A program made the translations under genes and the position numbers. Below, in pieces: positions 48,116-60,600 of a stretch of DNA of 64,000 nucleotides (position 1 is its first letter; every line of letters starts with the position of its first letter). The notes under the pieces were generated by a model. That model saw nothing but the letters and a program-made list of their open reading frames with translations, had not been told where the DNA came from and did not search any database. This stretch comes from Macrostomum lignano (taxonomy: Eukaryota): NCBI GenBank assembly GCA_002269645.1, contig NIVC01000401.1:1-64000 (forward strand). The letters run 5' to 3'.

Positions 48116-50089
48116 ATGGATAACAATGCTATGAAGCTGCTGGGCAGCTGGAACTTGGCTTCGCACAGCCCGCACGAGCGTCATCTGATCAACCACTCGG
48201 AGATGTGGATGGCCATCCTCATGCTGTACCTGCCGCCGCTGCACTTCTATAGGAACAATAGCAGCACAGTGATCACGCTGTGCGCTAATATCTTCTGCTA
48301 CCTGTTCATCTCGCTTCCTATCTACCTAGTAGAGATCCTAACTGCCTCATTCTCCCATGGCAACCTGGTTCGCGCCTACAACTACAATCGCTTTGCCAGG
48401 GTGATTTTGTGCGTCATCATTCTGCATCAGTTTCAAAATCTGACGTCCGGCACGGCTAACGCGCACAAAATCATCACATTCTCGCTGACGTTCTTCTTGC
48501 AAAATCTTAATCCGCACGTGTCGCTATGGAATTGTCACAATCCGTGGAACACGGAACTGTGCTGCCTGTTGCTTGTGCCTCTCAACAGCTCGATAGAGGC
48601 CTATCGGAAAATGAAAGCTCGTTGCAGCACTCCGCTTGAAGAGTTCTACAAGCACCATGGCAATATAATTCACAGCGGTATCTATCAGCCAAGCAGCAGC
48701 ACCTACGATGGCGGGCACGTGCAAATTATTGTCTGGTTTCTGCTGGCCGTCTTCTTGATAGTGATGGTGCAACGATCATTGAGTGAGGCAATCAAGCTGA
48801 CAACCTACCTGATAACCATACCCTGCCTATTGCTGCTAATAGTTCTTTACTTGCACTGCTTCAGGCAGCCGATGACCTCGCCGAAAATTACTAATTTAGT
48901 TACTAGACGGGATAAATTCCAGGACGAATACACGTTTACGTTTTTTATGCCGAATATTTATTATGCCAACCAGATGATGATGGCCGGCGGCTATCTGGTT
49001 GTGCTCCACTGCTGCCGTAAGCCGCACCAGACTAAACGCCAGCTAGCGTCTCTGTTTAACAAAAATCTAATATTCCTTGCCATTGTCAGCATCGCCTACA
49101 AGAGCGCCATCTGCGTACTGCGCCACGGCACTGTTGGTATCATCAAATTAAATCGCCAGCGCATGGCCGGCTTCGTTGGCACTTTCGATCGCGAGGTGTT
49201 TCGCGACGTTTTCGAAGACTCAAAGGACTGGCTGTACCAAATAGTATTCGATTATATAGAAATTTTGTACAGCTTTCGCCAGCAATTTCAATTCAGAGGT
49301 CCTTGGATGGCTTTGGACGGGGCGGCCATTCTGCATCCGGTTCTGCTGTCTCTCGGTTTTATCGGTATCCGAATTGCCATCTATAAGGCCACTCTGGAGC
49401 TGCTGTTCCAGTCGATCGGCTATCCCGAACTATTATCCGGACCCTGGCAGTTGTTGACCCGCTTGTCTCTGCCGTTAAGCGTTGTGTCGGTTTGCCTAGT
49501 GGCCGACACGGACCTGCTTCGCGACGCACTCTTTCCCAAGGAGCCCTTTGGTTATGCGTTCTGCTCGTTAAACGTTGTGTTATTTCTGCCTAGCTTTGTT
49601 TACGCCTCTTTCGTTCATCGATCGGGCATCATGGGACACTCGCTGCATTGGCGCATGATGAAGTTCGCGCTTCGGTACAAGCGCAGCTTGGTCATCCTGG
49701 GAATTCTGTCGGGCCTGCACCTGTTTGGCGCGCAAATCTACAAAAATGTTTTTGTTAAAGACTTCAAGCGAGTGCTAAGGTCGACTAAGGACAAAAAGAC
49801 GCCTAATATTGAGTACTTTTTTGAATATGACGTCGGCGTGTTTGGCTCTCCTGCTCAAAGAGTGTTCAGCTTCTCCGGTGTTACAGCTAACTGGGTGCTT
49901 AACGATGTCTTCTATGGACTATTTGGTACATTCTCTTTGATTTTTGCGCTGCTGCAGAGTGATCGAGTAGTTAATTTTATAGAAACAAACCGAGGCATGT
50001 TATACTTGTTCTTCTGCAAGCCGGCTCGTTGCTTCAGGCATTGTGTAGAATTTTACTTCGTCGTTATGTTTGGCAAAAGTAACAGGTAA
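48116..50089 (+). CDS. Intronless, highly divergent SLC6/neurotransmitter:sodium symporter-fold multi-pass membrane protein (about 657 aa from ATG 48116)
   Basis: 2-kb open frame with many hydrophobic segments. SLC6-like anchors occur in the expected order: LPIYLVEIL (cf. GxPxxxxExxxGQ), SLWNCHNPWNTELC (cf. LPWxxCxxxWNTxxC) and STPLEEFY (cf. SPxxEF). The TM1 GxGNxWRFP motif is not recognisable. Confidence 0.65.
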   Translation: MDNNAMKLLGSWNLASHSPHERHLINHSEMWMAILMLYLPPLHFYRNNSSTVITLCANIFCYLFISLPIYLVEILTASFSHGNLVRAYNYNRFARVILCVIILHQFQNLTSGTANAHKIITFSLTFFLQNLNPHVSLWNCHNPWNTELCCLLLVPLNSSIEAYRKMKARCSTPLEEFYKHHGNIIHSGIYQPSSSTYDGGHVQIIVWFLLAVFLIVMVQRSLSEAIKLTTYLITIPCLLLLIVLYLHCFRQPMTSPKITNLVTRRDKFQDEYTFTFFMPNIYYANQMMMAGGYLVVLHCCRKPHQTKRQLASLFNKNLIFLAIVSIAYKSAICVLRHGTVGIIKLNRQRMAGFVGTFDREVFRDVFEDSKDWLYQIVFDYIEILYSFRQQFQFRGPWMALDGAAILHPVLLSLGFIGIRIAIYKATLELLFQSIGYPELLSGPWQLLTRLSLPLSVVSVCLVADTDLLRDALFPKEPFGYAFCSLNVVLFLPSFVYASFVHRSGIMGHSLHWRMMKFALRYKRSLVILGILSGLHLFGAQIYKNVFVKDFKRVLRSTKDKKTPNIEYFFEYDVGVFGSPAQRVFSFSGVTANWVLNDVFYGLFGTFSLIFALLQSDRVVNFIETNRGMLYLFFCKPARCFRHCVEFYFVVMFGKSNR

Positions 50090-50834
50090 GGTGCAATTTG
50101 AAACTAATATTAACTCTTTTTGACAATGAATTCTTTAATAATCAGTTCGTTTGCACGTACAATAATGTACGTGTATTCTTTATGCTTTAATTGCATAGCG
50201 CTCATTGTACACTGTACATGTAGCCTTTGTACATGACAACATCTGAATGTACATTTAAATGAATGCTCGTTTATAAGAAAATACAATAGTCTTGTTTTAC
50301 TAATCCATTCTTGGTTTGGGGTGCAAATTTGTTCGAAAAGATATGTATAACATGCACATGTACATGGATGTTGTGTAGATTCCATCAATTTCGTATACGA
50401 TCTCTACTGTGAAGTAACGTTACTGCATCTCATGAGAACTTGGGCTATTTATTAACTGCCAATGATAAGTGCAAAGGTTTTTTTCTGAAAGCCACCGCTG
50501 CAAGATCGAGGGACGAGTCAGACGGATCAGAACATTAATTTTAAACGTTTAAAAGTGCATGAAAGCGATGCGATAGGCGTTATACCAATACCATAGACTT
50601 CCGTCTGCTATTCCCTCCCGCTTTGCAAGGGCGGGCAGAAACGTCATTTCTCTGCCCGATAGCTTAAATTCATTGAACCCAGTGTAAAAGGGACGCGAGA
50701 CTCGTTTCTCGGCCCGCTACATGAAAAATAGTCTATGGCCAAAAGCAAATTTGAGAGTTAAAGGAAAGACGCAACCTCTGTTCGTTTAATTTTCAGTATT
50801 TCAATTCAGAGATTTTCTGAAGCAAAATAACATC

Positions 50835-52193
50835 ATGTCTCTACTCGATCTGAATTGTATTCAAGGTGGTGAAATCAGTGGCCTCCTTCGCGAAGAGATG
50901 GACTTTTTAACTTTCTTTGCTGGCAAAGGCAGACTAGTTGACCAATGGACAGGACTACCTGTTCCTGGTGTTGGAAGCAGCTACGCTTTGGATCCTGAGT
51001 TGAACACTTTGCTGGAAGACTAATGGCTGAGCACGAGTATCGTGAACTCAACGACACAGATCGGTGGTATTCATGATGTGGAGAAGTTAGCTCGAACCCA
51101 GTCAACGGATGCAAAGACTAAACAGCTCGTTGCTCTGCTGAAGCAGTTTTTGCGCTCTAATGGTCTACCCGAAAACATCGAAGACATGCCAGTGCGCTAC
51201 CTAGTGCAATACCTGGGACTCTGGTTTGTTTCACTCAAGCGGAAGGATGGCAACGTCTATAGTGTCAACAGTCTGGTAGGATTTCGTGCCAGCATTCATC
51301 GCTATCTGAAACAGGAGCGGGACGTTGACGTGATTGGGAATGAGCTGTTGAATGCTTTTGAGCGTACGTATAAGGCGATGCTGACTGCTTCTGTGAAAGC
51401 TGCTCGTATTCTCGGAGAAGTGACTGGCTTCCGCCAGATTGAGGATTCCGACTTAAAGAAGCTTTTTTCGTACTTCGACCGCAGTGATCCGATAAAGCTG
51501 CAAGATTAGGTATTCTTTCTGATTGCTTGGCATTTTGGTTTTCGAGGCCGTGAGTGGGTTCGAGAGCTGACCCCTGATGCCATCATTTTCGGCACCGATG
51601 GCGGTCGTGAATGCATCGCTCTCAAGATGACTGGCAAAGAGAAGACGACAAGTGCTGATAATCCGACTACTAATAAGCAAATCAAAATGTACGCTACCGA
51701 CGATAAGACTACTTGTCCCGTAGCTGCTGTTCGCCAGTATGTATCGCTTCTGCCACCAGACTGCAAGACACTTTTTCCGAGGCCTTTGGCCAAATTTTCC
51801 TCAGGAAAGTGGTACAGTATTACACAAGTACTCGGCAAGAACACACTCAACGAAATGATGGCAAGCATTTCTGCGCGTGCAGAACTATCTACAAAGTATA
51901 CAAACCACTGCATTAGACCTACCGTGGTTACATCATTGGTGGAGAAAGTTGTCAGCGTTCAAGATATACAGGCAGTAACAGGACACAAGCGAGCTGAATC
52001 AGTGCAACGTTATACTAAGAGAATCAGTGCAGAGAAAAAGCAGAAGCTGTCTAGCTGTCTCAGTGAAAGCCTTCATTCAGTAAATTGCAGTGCTCATGTC
52101 AACGACGACGCTACGACTACGGCTATGACAGTCTCTTCTACCCTGCCGGAACCAATCGTGTCAGATGCCGCAGCTGGTCGGGCCCTTTCATAA
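50835..52193 (+). pseudogene. Crypton-like tyrosine recombinase (DUF3504-type) ORF broken by two in-frame stops
   Basis: The ORFs at 50835, 51042 and 51627 share one reading frame, separated by TAA (51021-23) and TAG (51507-09). Tyrosine-recombinase catalytic set is visible: FGFRGRE (R), YTNHCIR (HxxR), VTGHK (H), VQRY (Y). RKDGNVYS and DPIKLQD*VFF also resemble Crypton-family proteins. Confidence 0.8.
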
Positions 52194-53606
52194 CTGTACC
52201 TTCAATTTCTACTACAAGTGACTGACCTAGTCGTCAAAAAAGTATTGCTGACCAAGGTTTCCTGACTATAGGCGCGTTATTCATACTTAGCGAAAATTTA
52301 TTCACTCCAAATACTCTACGCACTGTTCATGTTGTTCGTACGTTAATGATATTATCTTTACCTTGCTTTCTAAAAATATACCCGCGCTGTCTATGGTTCA
52401 GTTTCTTACAAGCAAAGGATTGATGATTTCTATGACATTTCTGCCCGGCAGAACGGTTATACGTTCAACGCAAAATGTACAAAGGCTTAAACCTAATTCA
52501 AAACGAAAGGTCAACGTACGTATACATACGTGCACACTAGCGCAAGCCCTCAGCGCGAGGACTAAGAATAAATTGGTTGGCTTTAGAAACAGTTGCCTGG
52601 ATCACATTGCTTTAAGCAGCAGACAGTTTTTAAATTAAGTTAGCTTTAACTTAACAAATTTATGTAATTCAAGATTATAGAACAGGTATATTTAATTTTT
52701 AGACTATTGTGCTGACACATTTAAAATACGTTTTGGTTTTCTACTTCGAAAAAATTAATGAAACAAAAGTGTTTAAATTTGTATACGCAATGTTTTTGCG
52801 TTGTAAAAATGTAATTAACATAGCTAAAGCCGGGCTGTATTTAACCCTATATATGAAGTACAATGTACAATGCAATGTCATGGTCGGAAATAAAATTTTA
52901 GCAGTTGCATATTTTACCGAAATCACGTAAAATGTGTTCTCTAGATAGGTCTAGTTGCCTTTAATTTTCTATCTATTTTTCCACCGCATGCTTTACATTG
53001 TCACTGCCACTGGTTCTGGTTCTGCTGATAGACATTAAGACATAGCATGCATGTTATAGAACTTTAAGTATGCGTCGGTAGTCATTAGGTGGTTCTAAAT
53101 TCTAATACCAATGCCATGGAATCAGAAATTAGGAAGGCAGAATATAGAACAGATACTTTAAATCGATTTTTTACAATGCAGAATCATATTTTCCATGAAA
53201 TAGGCCTAGGCCTAATCACAAAAATAGGCCTAGTAAAAACTAGCAATCAGCTTTTAGCTAGCTTCTAACTAGCAATTAGCAACCCCCTTTTAGGAGCCAA
53301 AAAATGCAGTACAAAGTTTTTTTAATAGGCCTAAACTACATGTAGGAAGGCATAAAGGCATGAAAAATTGCTTTGATTTTTTTATGTTTTTGTAAGGCCT
53401 AGGCTAGGCCCTAATAATGCATGCATTTTGCCTATTGTTAGGCCTAGTAATTTACTGTTAGGCCCTAGGCACTATTTTTTTATTTGATTTTTATTTTACC
53501 AATTATTATGCCAAATAATATGTTTTTTAGCTCTTTTATCCCTTATCTATTGATAGAAATTTTAATTGTTATCTGACTTAGGCCTAAAATTTAAATTGGA
53601 TATAGG

Positions 53607-53855
53607 ACCAAGACCACCATACACCAAGACCGCCACACTTAGGGGGGAGCTAGCTGAGAAATTTGGCTCAATGCTCAATGTGTCACTAGCTGGTGCTAGG
53701 AGAGGAGATAAGTGGATAGGAGAGCTAGCAGCACAAGGCTGCGAGAAAAAAACCTATAAGAGGAATAGCAATGCTAGAAGATTGGTAGCTCCCCCTCAAT
53801 AACAGTACAGTAGCCAGTAATAGCTATGGCAGTCTTTGTGTATGGCGGTCTTGGT
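53607..53855. mobile_element. MITE-like element with 24-bp inverted repeats
   Basis: ACCAAGACCACCATACACCAAGAC (53607-30) pairs with GTCTTTGTGTATGGCGGTCTTGGT (53832-55), and there is a second inner inverted pair GGGGGAGCTA / TAGCTCCCCC. No clear TSD, so the superfamily is not assigned. Confidence 0.6.
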
Positions 53856-56734
53856 TATGCGCCCTAAATTGTAAGTAAATGCATTAGCTATTAGTTGATT
53901 AAATTTAAACTAAAATGGTTTGTCTTATATTAAAGTTCTATAACAATATTAGATTATTTGTCAAAACCTTTTTGCCAAAAGTTGATTTGCCAAAAATCTT
54001 TTTGCCATAAATTGATTTGCCAAAATCTTTTTGCCAAAATTCAATTCAAATAGTGATTTTGATATCAATAATGAGACCACCAATAATGGTCTTAAGTTCA
54101 GTTTTTTCAATTAGTATTTTTGAGTTAATAAATTAAATTATTTAAATAATTATAGAAAATGTTTTTTACTAGTATTAATTTTGTTGTGGGAACAACAAAT
54201 TAATTGTGGGAACAATTTTAATATGCAACAATTAGGCCGTATTGCTTATGTCTTATATAGGCTTTGCAATTGAGCCAATATATATTTAAAACTTGTAAGA
54301 CACTTCTTAATATATTAAACATGGATGGGAAAAAATACCATCATTTTTTGTTATATTTAAACATTTAACATTTTAATATTGTAATCATTTTTTATTAATT
54401 TATTAATTGATCAATTGTTTTTTGTTTATTTTATAATAAACCCACATAGTAACTTTTGGTAAATCAATTTTTCAAGAAATAACTTGCTTCTATTTTAGAA
54501 TATCCTAAATTTTATTGTCTATAATTATTTGCCTAGCTATATTTAAAAAAATTCCCATACTCTATCTACTTCAGTATATCCATAGGATAGGCCTTTATTT
54601 GAATTAATTTCTTATAACTTATAACTTTTGATAATTTAGAATCTATTAGGTTTTCTATTTTAGTATATAGGATTTTTTATTTAAATAATTTTATAAGGAA
54701 TAATTGATAGTAACAATTAATTCTATCACTTTACTGTTACTATCAGTAATAGTAAATTCAATCCCTTATAAAGCTTATTTTTAAGTGGCCAATATTATCA
54801 GATATGAGAACTAAATATACAAAAAATGTTCTATATAAACCATTTATATGCTATAATCACATTTAAAGCTATAGTAGAATTCCATCTTTAACCCATTATG
54901 GTCAAGTGACTTATGTAATCATAGTTACTTATTTGAGCAATATTTAATCATTGAATCAAAAAGCAAAAAGTTTTAATATTATTATATATAACAACTATAA
55001 AACTTTATTTTCTTATTTTTTGCTTGGGATCAGACAATGGCAAAGTTATTCTATTATAAAAGGGTATAGTTTTATAGTATAAGGTCATTCTATAAGAAAT
55101 AAACACTTTCAAAAAATGAAGTCTTTAGATTATACCTAAATTATTAAACTAATAAAGATCTCTTCTATTAAATACATTAGGTTATTTAGAAATAGAAATA
55201 CTTTTTAAATATTTTTTCATTATATCATCAGAAAATGAACTATTTAAATGTGTATTTGAATCTTGAAATGATTCACAATGTAGAAAATGGTCTTTAAAAT
55301 AAATGTATGGCTTATATACTAAAAAACTTTAAGTTGTTTTAAAAGTTTTTTTATGTTATGCATATGATCATATGGAATGACATAGAATAGTATTAAAACA
55401 GTATATGTGCATCATACATAGGCAGCCTCTAAATTAAATCAATTATACAATTTAGTTTTGACTGAAAATGCAAGTTAGTTTTGCAACTTACACTTACTTA
55501 CCTTAAATACTTTTATTTTTTATCAAAATTTGTCTAGTATTCAATTTTGTAACTTAACCTTGATCTGCCATAATTTATACTAGCTGTCTTGGCTGGCAAT
55601 TGCATGTATATGATCATGGTTAGTATTAATATGGCTATCATTAGAAGGCTTAGGGTGGGTGAGGGTATATGCAAAAATATAGAATAGGTATCTTCTTATT
55701 GTCTGTAAGTGATAAGTTTTAAAGGGTTGGGTTGCAAATTTGGATTGAAAGCAGGTGTTAGCATAAAGATTTAGCAAACATATAACTGTTAATGAATGTT
55801 AAAAAAATGCACAGAAAAGACTCAAAAAAGGTGAAAAAGTTACAACAATATTCCTCCAATGACTGCACTTTGCCAATAGCCACCATAGTAGGCCAGTGCA
55901 GAATGCAATAGTTGATGAAATGTTGCACTTGAAATTCAGTGCAGTTGCACTGAACTAAACTTTAGTAGGCTTCACTAGTAGCTACCAGTAAGATATATTT
56001 ATTGTATTTTGTGTTTGAGTGAAATGTAAAATAAACCAATAATTCTTGATTGTGACTAGCAATAAGAAAAACATATGTAGGCTAGTTGTAGACTAGAATT
56101 TAGCTTTTTATATTTCCTAACTCTAACATGAGTGGAAAAGGTGGGGGGGGGGTTAGCAGAGAGATAGGTAATTTGGAGTACATTGTGTGTACACTGAAAT
56201 AGAGAAAATAACTTAAAGAACAATTAAGCAATAACTCATGATATAAAACAGGTGGCTAGCCTAGGCCAACTCATTTTTCAACAGCTAGAACTCAATAACT
56301 AGAGATAATGAGAACATTGTCAGTTTTACAGGGTTGAATGCAAAGATAGATTGAAACCAGGTGCCAACTAGCAGTTTTTGTGCAATAAGGATGACTTTCC
56401 AAATCTAAATATACAAAATCTCTAATATTTGTTTGTATGTTTGTCCATAATGCTCTAGAGATTGCAATTCTTCACCAATTTTCATCGCGTTTTCGCCAAA
56501 ATTGTTTTCTAAAATTGGACCTTGGGTGTAATATTGAATCTTGTTTTTTATCATCTTTTGCTAGCCTACTTTGCTAACCTTTAACCAACTAGAAAGTTTT
56601 TGTAGTTTTTACAATATTAAAAAGTTAAAAAGTATCCTAAAACTGGACCTACAAATTGGATTTTTTGTCTTGGCATTAGAAAAAAACTCAGCAGTGCACT
56701 TAAAGAATTGTCTTGTGCAATAGAGATTATAGAA

Positions 56735-57034
56735 GCATACATGCGCAACAGTCGGCCGAGTCGGCCGATCCGGCCGACCAATTTGGTGGCCAACCAAGGA
56801 AGTTGCAAAAATGCCCACCTGAAAAAAACCCCAAGTAGTAGTACTAAGTAGCTGGCGAGGCATTTTGGCTTTATAAGACAGTCATCGTTACTCCTGCCGT
56901 TTACCCAACTTTGCGTTAATTTTGCTTTCGGGTTTTTTTTACATGTAAGTCGCATTTTTGGCCAAAAACTACGTCGCATTTTTGTTAAAACTAAGTCGCA
57001 TGGCTGACCGAATTTTGGAGGTTGCGCATGTATG
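56735..57034. mobile_element. hAT-type MITE (300 bp)
   Basis: Perfect 14-bp TIR CATACATGCGCAAC / GTTGCGCATGTATG and perfect 8-bp TSD TATAGAAG (56727-34, 57035-42). Confidence 0.88.
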
Positions 57035-57664
57035 TATAGAAGGCTCACATTTTACAGCTTGCCTAATGGCCAAAATTGTCATATTTGACCAATTGTGAAT
57101 TGTTCATGGTATTCATAAAAATGATCCCAAAAGTACATGAATAAATAAAGGAATCATCAGGATATGTTTGACTTGAAAGATTGAAAAAACTTGAAAAATG
57201 GAAATATTTATATTAAATACTCAATCGTCATAAAAATAAATGAATGTGTTATTCAGAAAAAATCATACCTAAATTTAATGTTACTAGTAAATTTATAATT
57301 ATATTTACTATTCTATATAATTGTTGTTGGATAATTTATCTAATAAAATACTACATGGTATACACAGAATTTTCGCTAGGGCTATGGTTTTTGTTTATTG
57401 TGTTTTACAATTTATTTTAAACAGATTTAAATTGCAATACCTACTAATATAGTTATAAAATTCATGCATTACCTATGAAATCTACAATGCTAATAGCTCG
57501 CGCCCCCAACAGAAGACTCAGAAGACACAGTTCGCATTGCTGGCCCGCTACTAACAGTTCCGCACAGAACAGAGTCCGACAAAGCCCGACCGCAACTTAT
57601 GGGGGTCTAAAATCGAGCGTCCGACAATTCTGCTTTCCTGCAGCCGCTGCTTCTAGAGGACGGA

Positions 57665-60600
57665 ATGGAGGACGACTCGGCGGTAAGCGACGCTCTCCGC
57701 GGACTCGAGCAAGATTTCGAGCGAAACCTGCGCCTGAACGAGCAGCAACAGGCCGGTCTGAGGGTGAAATGCGAGTTCAACGGGGAGAGTCGCGTGTTGA
57801 ACACGTTTGCTAGGCCGCTGAAATTAACAGACCTTCGCAACGAGCTTCAGGCCAGGTATAAGCGGCGGCTAGATATTTATTTCACCATGCCCAACGGTGA
57901 GATTGACGTGCCAGTGCTGTCGCAGGATGATCTGGACTTAGTAGTGCGAATTATCGATCATCATCAGAACTTGAGGAGTCTTCGCCTACTATTGCGAGTG
58001 CCGCCAGACGCTGAGGACACTACCGACGGTGGGTCTTAGCTCGCGCTTTTCATTGCTGCAATCGGCTGCTTCTTTTTAAATCTCTCCATTTAGCCATTGC
58101 CTAGAATTGGATGCACAAAAATCATAGAACCAGAAGCAATTGTCTCCCTGTATCAAATATATAATTAATCAGAATCTTAAAGTTCAAATCCCGCACCGAA
58201 TCACTGCTGGAGATTCTGGAATCAACGTAATAATCGCCCGAAATCGCCCTGAAAACTGCGCTTAGAAATTAGAATCGTAATAGTGTTACCCCAGGAATCA
58301 CACAGAATCACTCTTAGAATCAGCAATAGAATTATTCATCATATCACCTATAATCACCCGTTGGATAACAAAGAATCTCACCTTAGATTTCTAGAATCAT
58401 CCCTGAATTCCTAGAATCATTCCTAGATTCCTAGAATCACTCTTAGATTCCTAGAATCACTCTTAGATTACTAGAATCCCTTCTAGATTCTTAGAATCAC
58501 TCCGATATTATTAGAATCACTCCTAGATTCTTAGAATCACTCCTAGGTTCCTAGAATCACTCCGATATTCCTAGAATCACTCCTAGATTCCTAGAATCAC
58601 TCCTAGGTTCCTATAATCACTCTTAGATTCTTAGAATCCATCCTAGATTCCTAGAATCACTCCAATATTCCTAGAATCACTCCTAGATTCCTAGTATCAC
58701 TCCTAGATTCCTAGAATCCCTTCTAGATTCCTAGAATCACTCCTAGATTCCTATAATCACTCTTAGATTCTTAGAATCCATCCTAGATTCCTAGAATCAC
58801 TCCTAGATTCCTAGTATCACTCCTAGATTCCTAGAATCACTCCTAGATTCCTAGAATCACTCCTAGATTCCTAGAATCACTCCTAGATTCCTAGAATCAC
58901 TCCGATATTCTTAGAATCACTCCTATGTTCCTAGAATCACTCCTAGATTCCTAGAATCACTTCGATATTCTTAAAATCACTCCAATATTCCTAGAATCAC
59001 TCCTAGATTCCTAGAATCACTCCTAGATTCCTAGAATCACTCCTAGATTCCTAGAATCACTCCTAGATTCCTAGAATCACTCCTAGATTCCTAGAATCAC
59101 TCCGATATTCTTAGAATCACTCCTATGTTCCTAGAATCACTCCTAGATTCCTAGAATCACTCCTAGATTCCTAGAATCACTCCTAGATTCCTAGAATCAC
59201 TCCTAGATTCCTAGAATCACTCCTAGATTCCTAGAATCACTCCTAGTTTCCTAGAATCACTCCTAGATTCCTAGAATCACTCCTAGATTCCTAGAATCAC
59301 TCCTAGATTCCTAGAATCACTCCTAGATTCCTAGAATCACTCCTAGATTCCTAGAATCATTTCTAGATTCTTACTCGTAGAATCACTCCTAGATTTTAAG
59401 AATCGGTGATTCTTAGAATTACCCCTAAATTCCTAGAATAACCCCTTGATTTCTAGAATCGCCCCTAAATTCCTTTAATCAGCCCTTGATTCTCAGAATC
59501 ACTTCTAGATTCCCAGAATTACCTTCAGATTTTTTAAATCACTCCTTAATTCTTAGAATCACACTTAGATTCCCAGAATAGCCCCCCCCCCTATATAAGA
59601 TTTCTATAACCAGCTCAAGAATCAGCGCTAGAAATTTCGCTTGTATCACTTGTATAATAATTAGTCAATTACCCATAGATTGCTTCTTGGCCAGCCAAGA
59701 AATCGCATCAATAATCGGCAAATTTTACTTTCAAAAAATTTCTACAGGCAACGGTCGCTGCTCCCCGCCGCCCGGCACTCTGCCACCGGGCGCAGAGTTT
59801 CACGACACGGCCAGCCAGATGACGGCCAGTACCTACTCCGAGGGCGAGTTCATACCCGAGGACAGGGACACCGACAGCCTGTCCAGCGTGTCCGAATCGC
59901 GCCAGTCACTGGACACATTCCAGATTCGAGCCCGTGGACTCGGCTCTAGAGCTAGCGTCCATTCGGACTCGGCCGTGGCTATGGACGACATGAGTAGACG
60001 GGGAGGGCCCGGCGGCACGTTTCCTAGGCGTAATGTTGTCCATATTGACGATGGCCGGGCGTCCGTGCCTCGGACAATGCAGCGGACTCGGACACCGGCC
60101 GAGGTGGCGGCCGCTAACAGGAGGGATTTTCCGCGGGCCGACAGTCTGGGCTCTGCGCAGAGATGTGAGTTGCGCAATTGGATCTTGTGGTCCATCTCAT
60201 AGATCTGATTCATCTAGTGGTCTATCTCATAGATCTGATTCATCTAGTGGTCTATCTCATAGATCTGATCCATCTAGTAGTCTGTCTCATAGATCTGCTC
60301 CATCTAGTAGTCTGTCTCATAGATCTGCTCCATCTAGTGGTCTATCTTATAGATTTGATTCATCTAGTAGTCTATCTCATAGGTCTGATCCATCTAGTGG
60401 TCTATCTCAGAGGTCTGATCTATCTAGTAGTCTATCTCATAGGTCTGATCTATCTAGTAGTCTATCTCATAGATCTATCTATCTAATAGTCTCTCATAGG
60501 TCTGATCCATCTAGTAGTCTCTAATAGACCCGATTCATCTAGTGGTCTAGCTCATAGATCTGAATTATTTAAAATCCATCTCATGGATCAGATCCATCTA

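Noticed and set aside
51021-51509. Alternative genetic code (TAA/TAG read as Gln) or readthrough in the recombinase
   Set aside because: Only two stops in 453 codons, the frame also ends in TAA, and neighbouring genes use TAG/TAA as stops. Simple nonsense mutation is more economical.
48116-52193. SLC6-like ORF as cargo of the Crypton element
   Set aside because: Adjacency only; the candidate terminal motifs lie downstream of the SLC6-like ORF and exclude it.
52400-57400. Short ORFs in the AT-rich spacer
   Set aside because: AT-rich, no domains or splice structure; only the two MITEs are supported.
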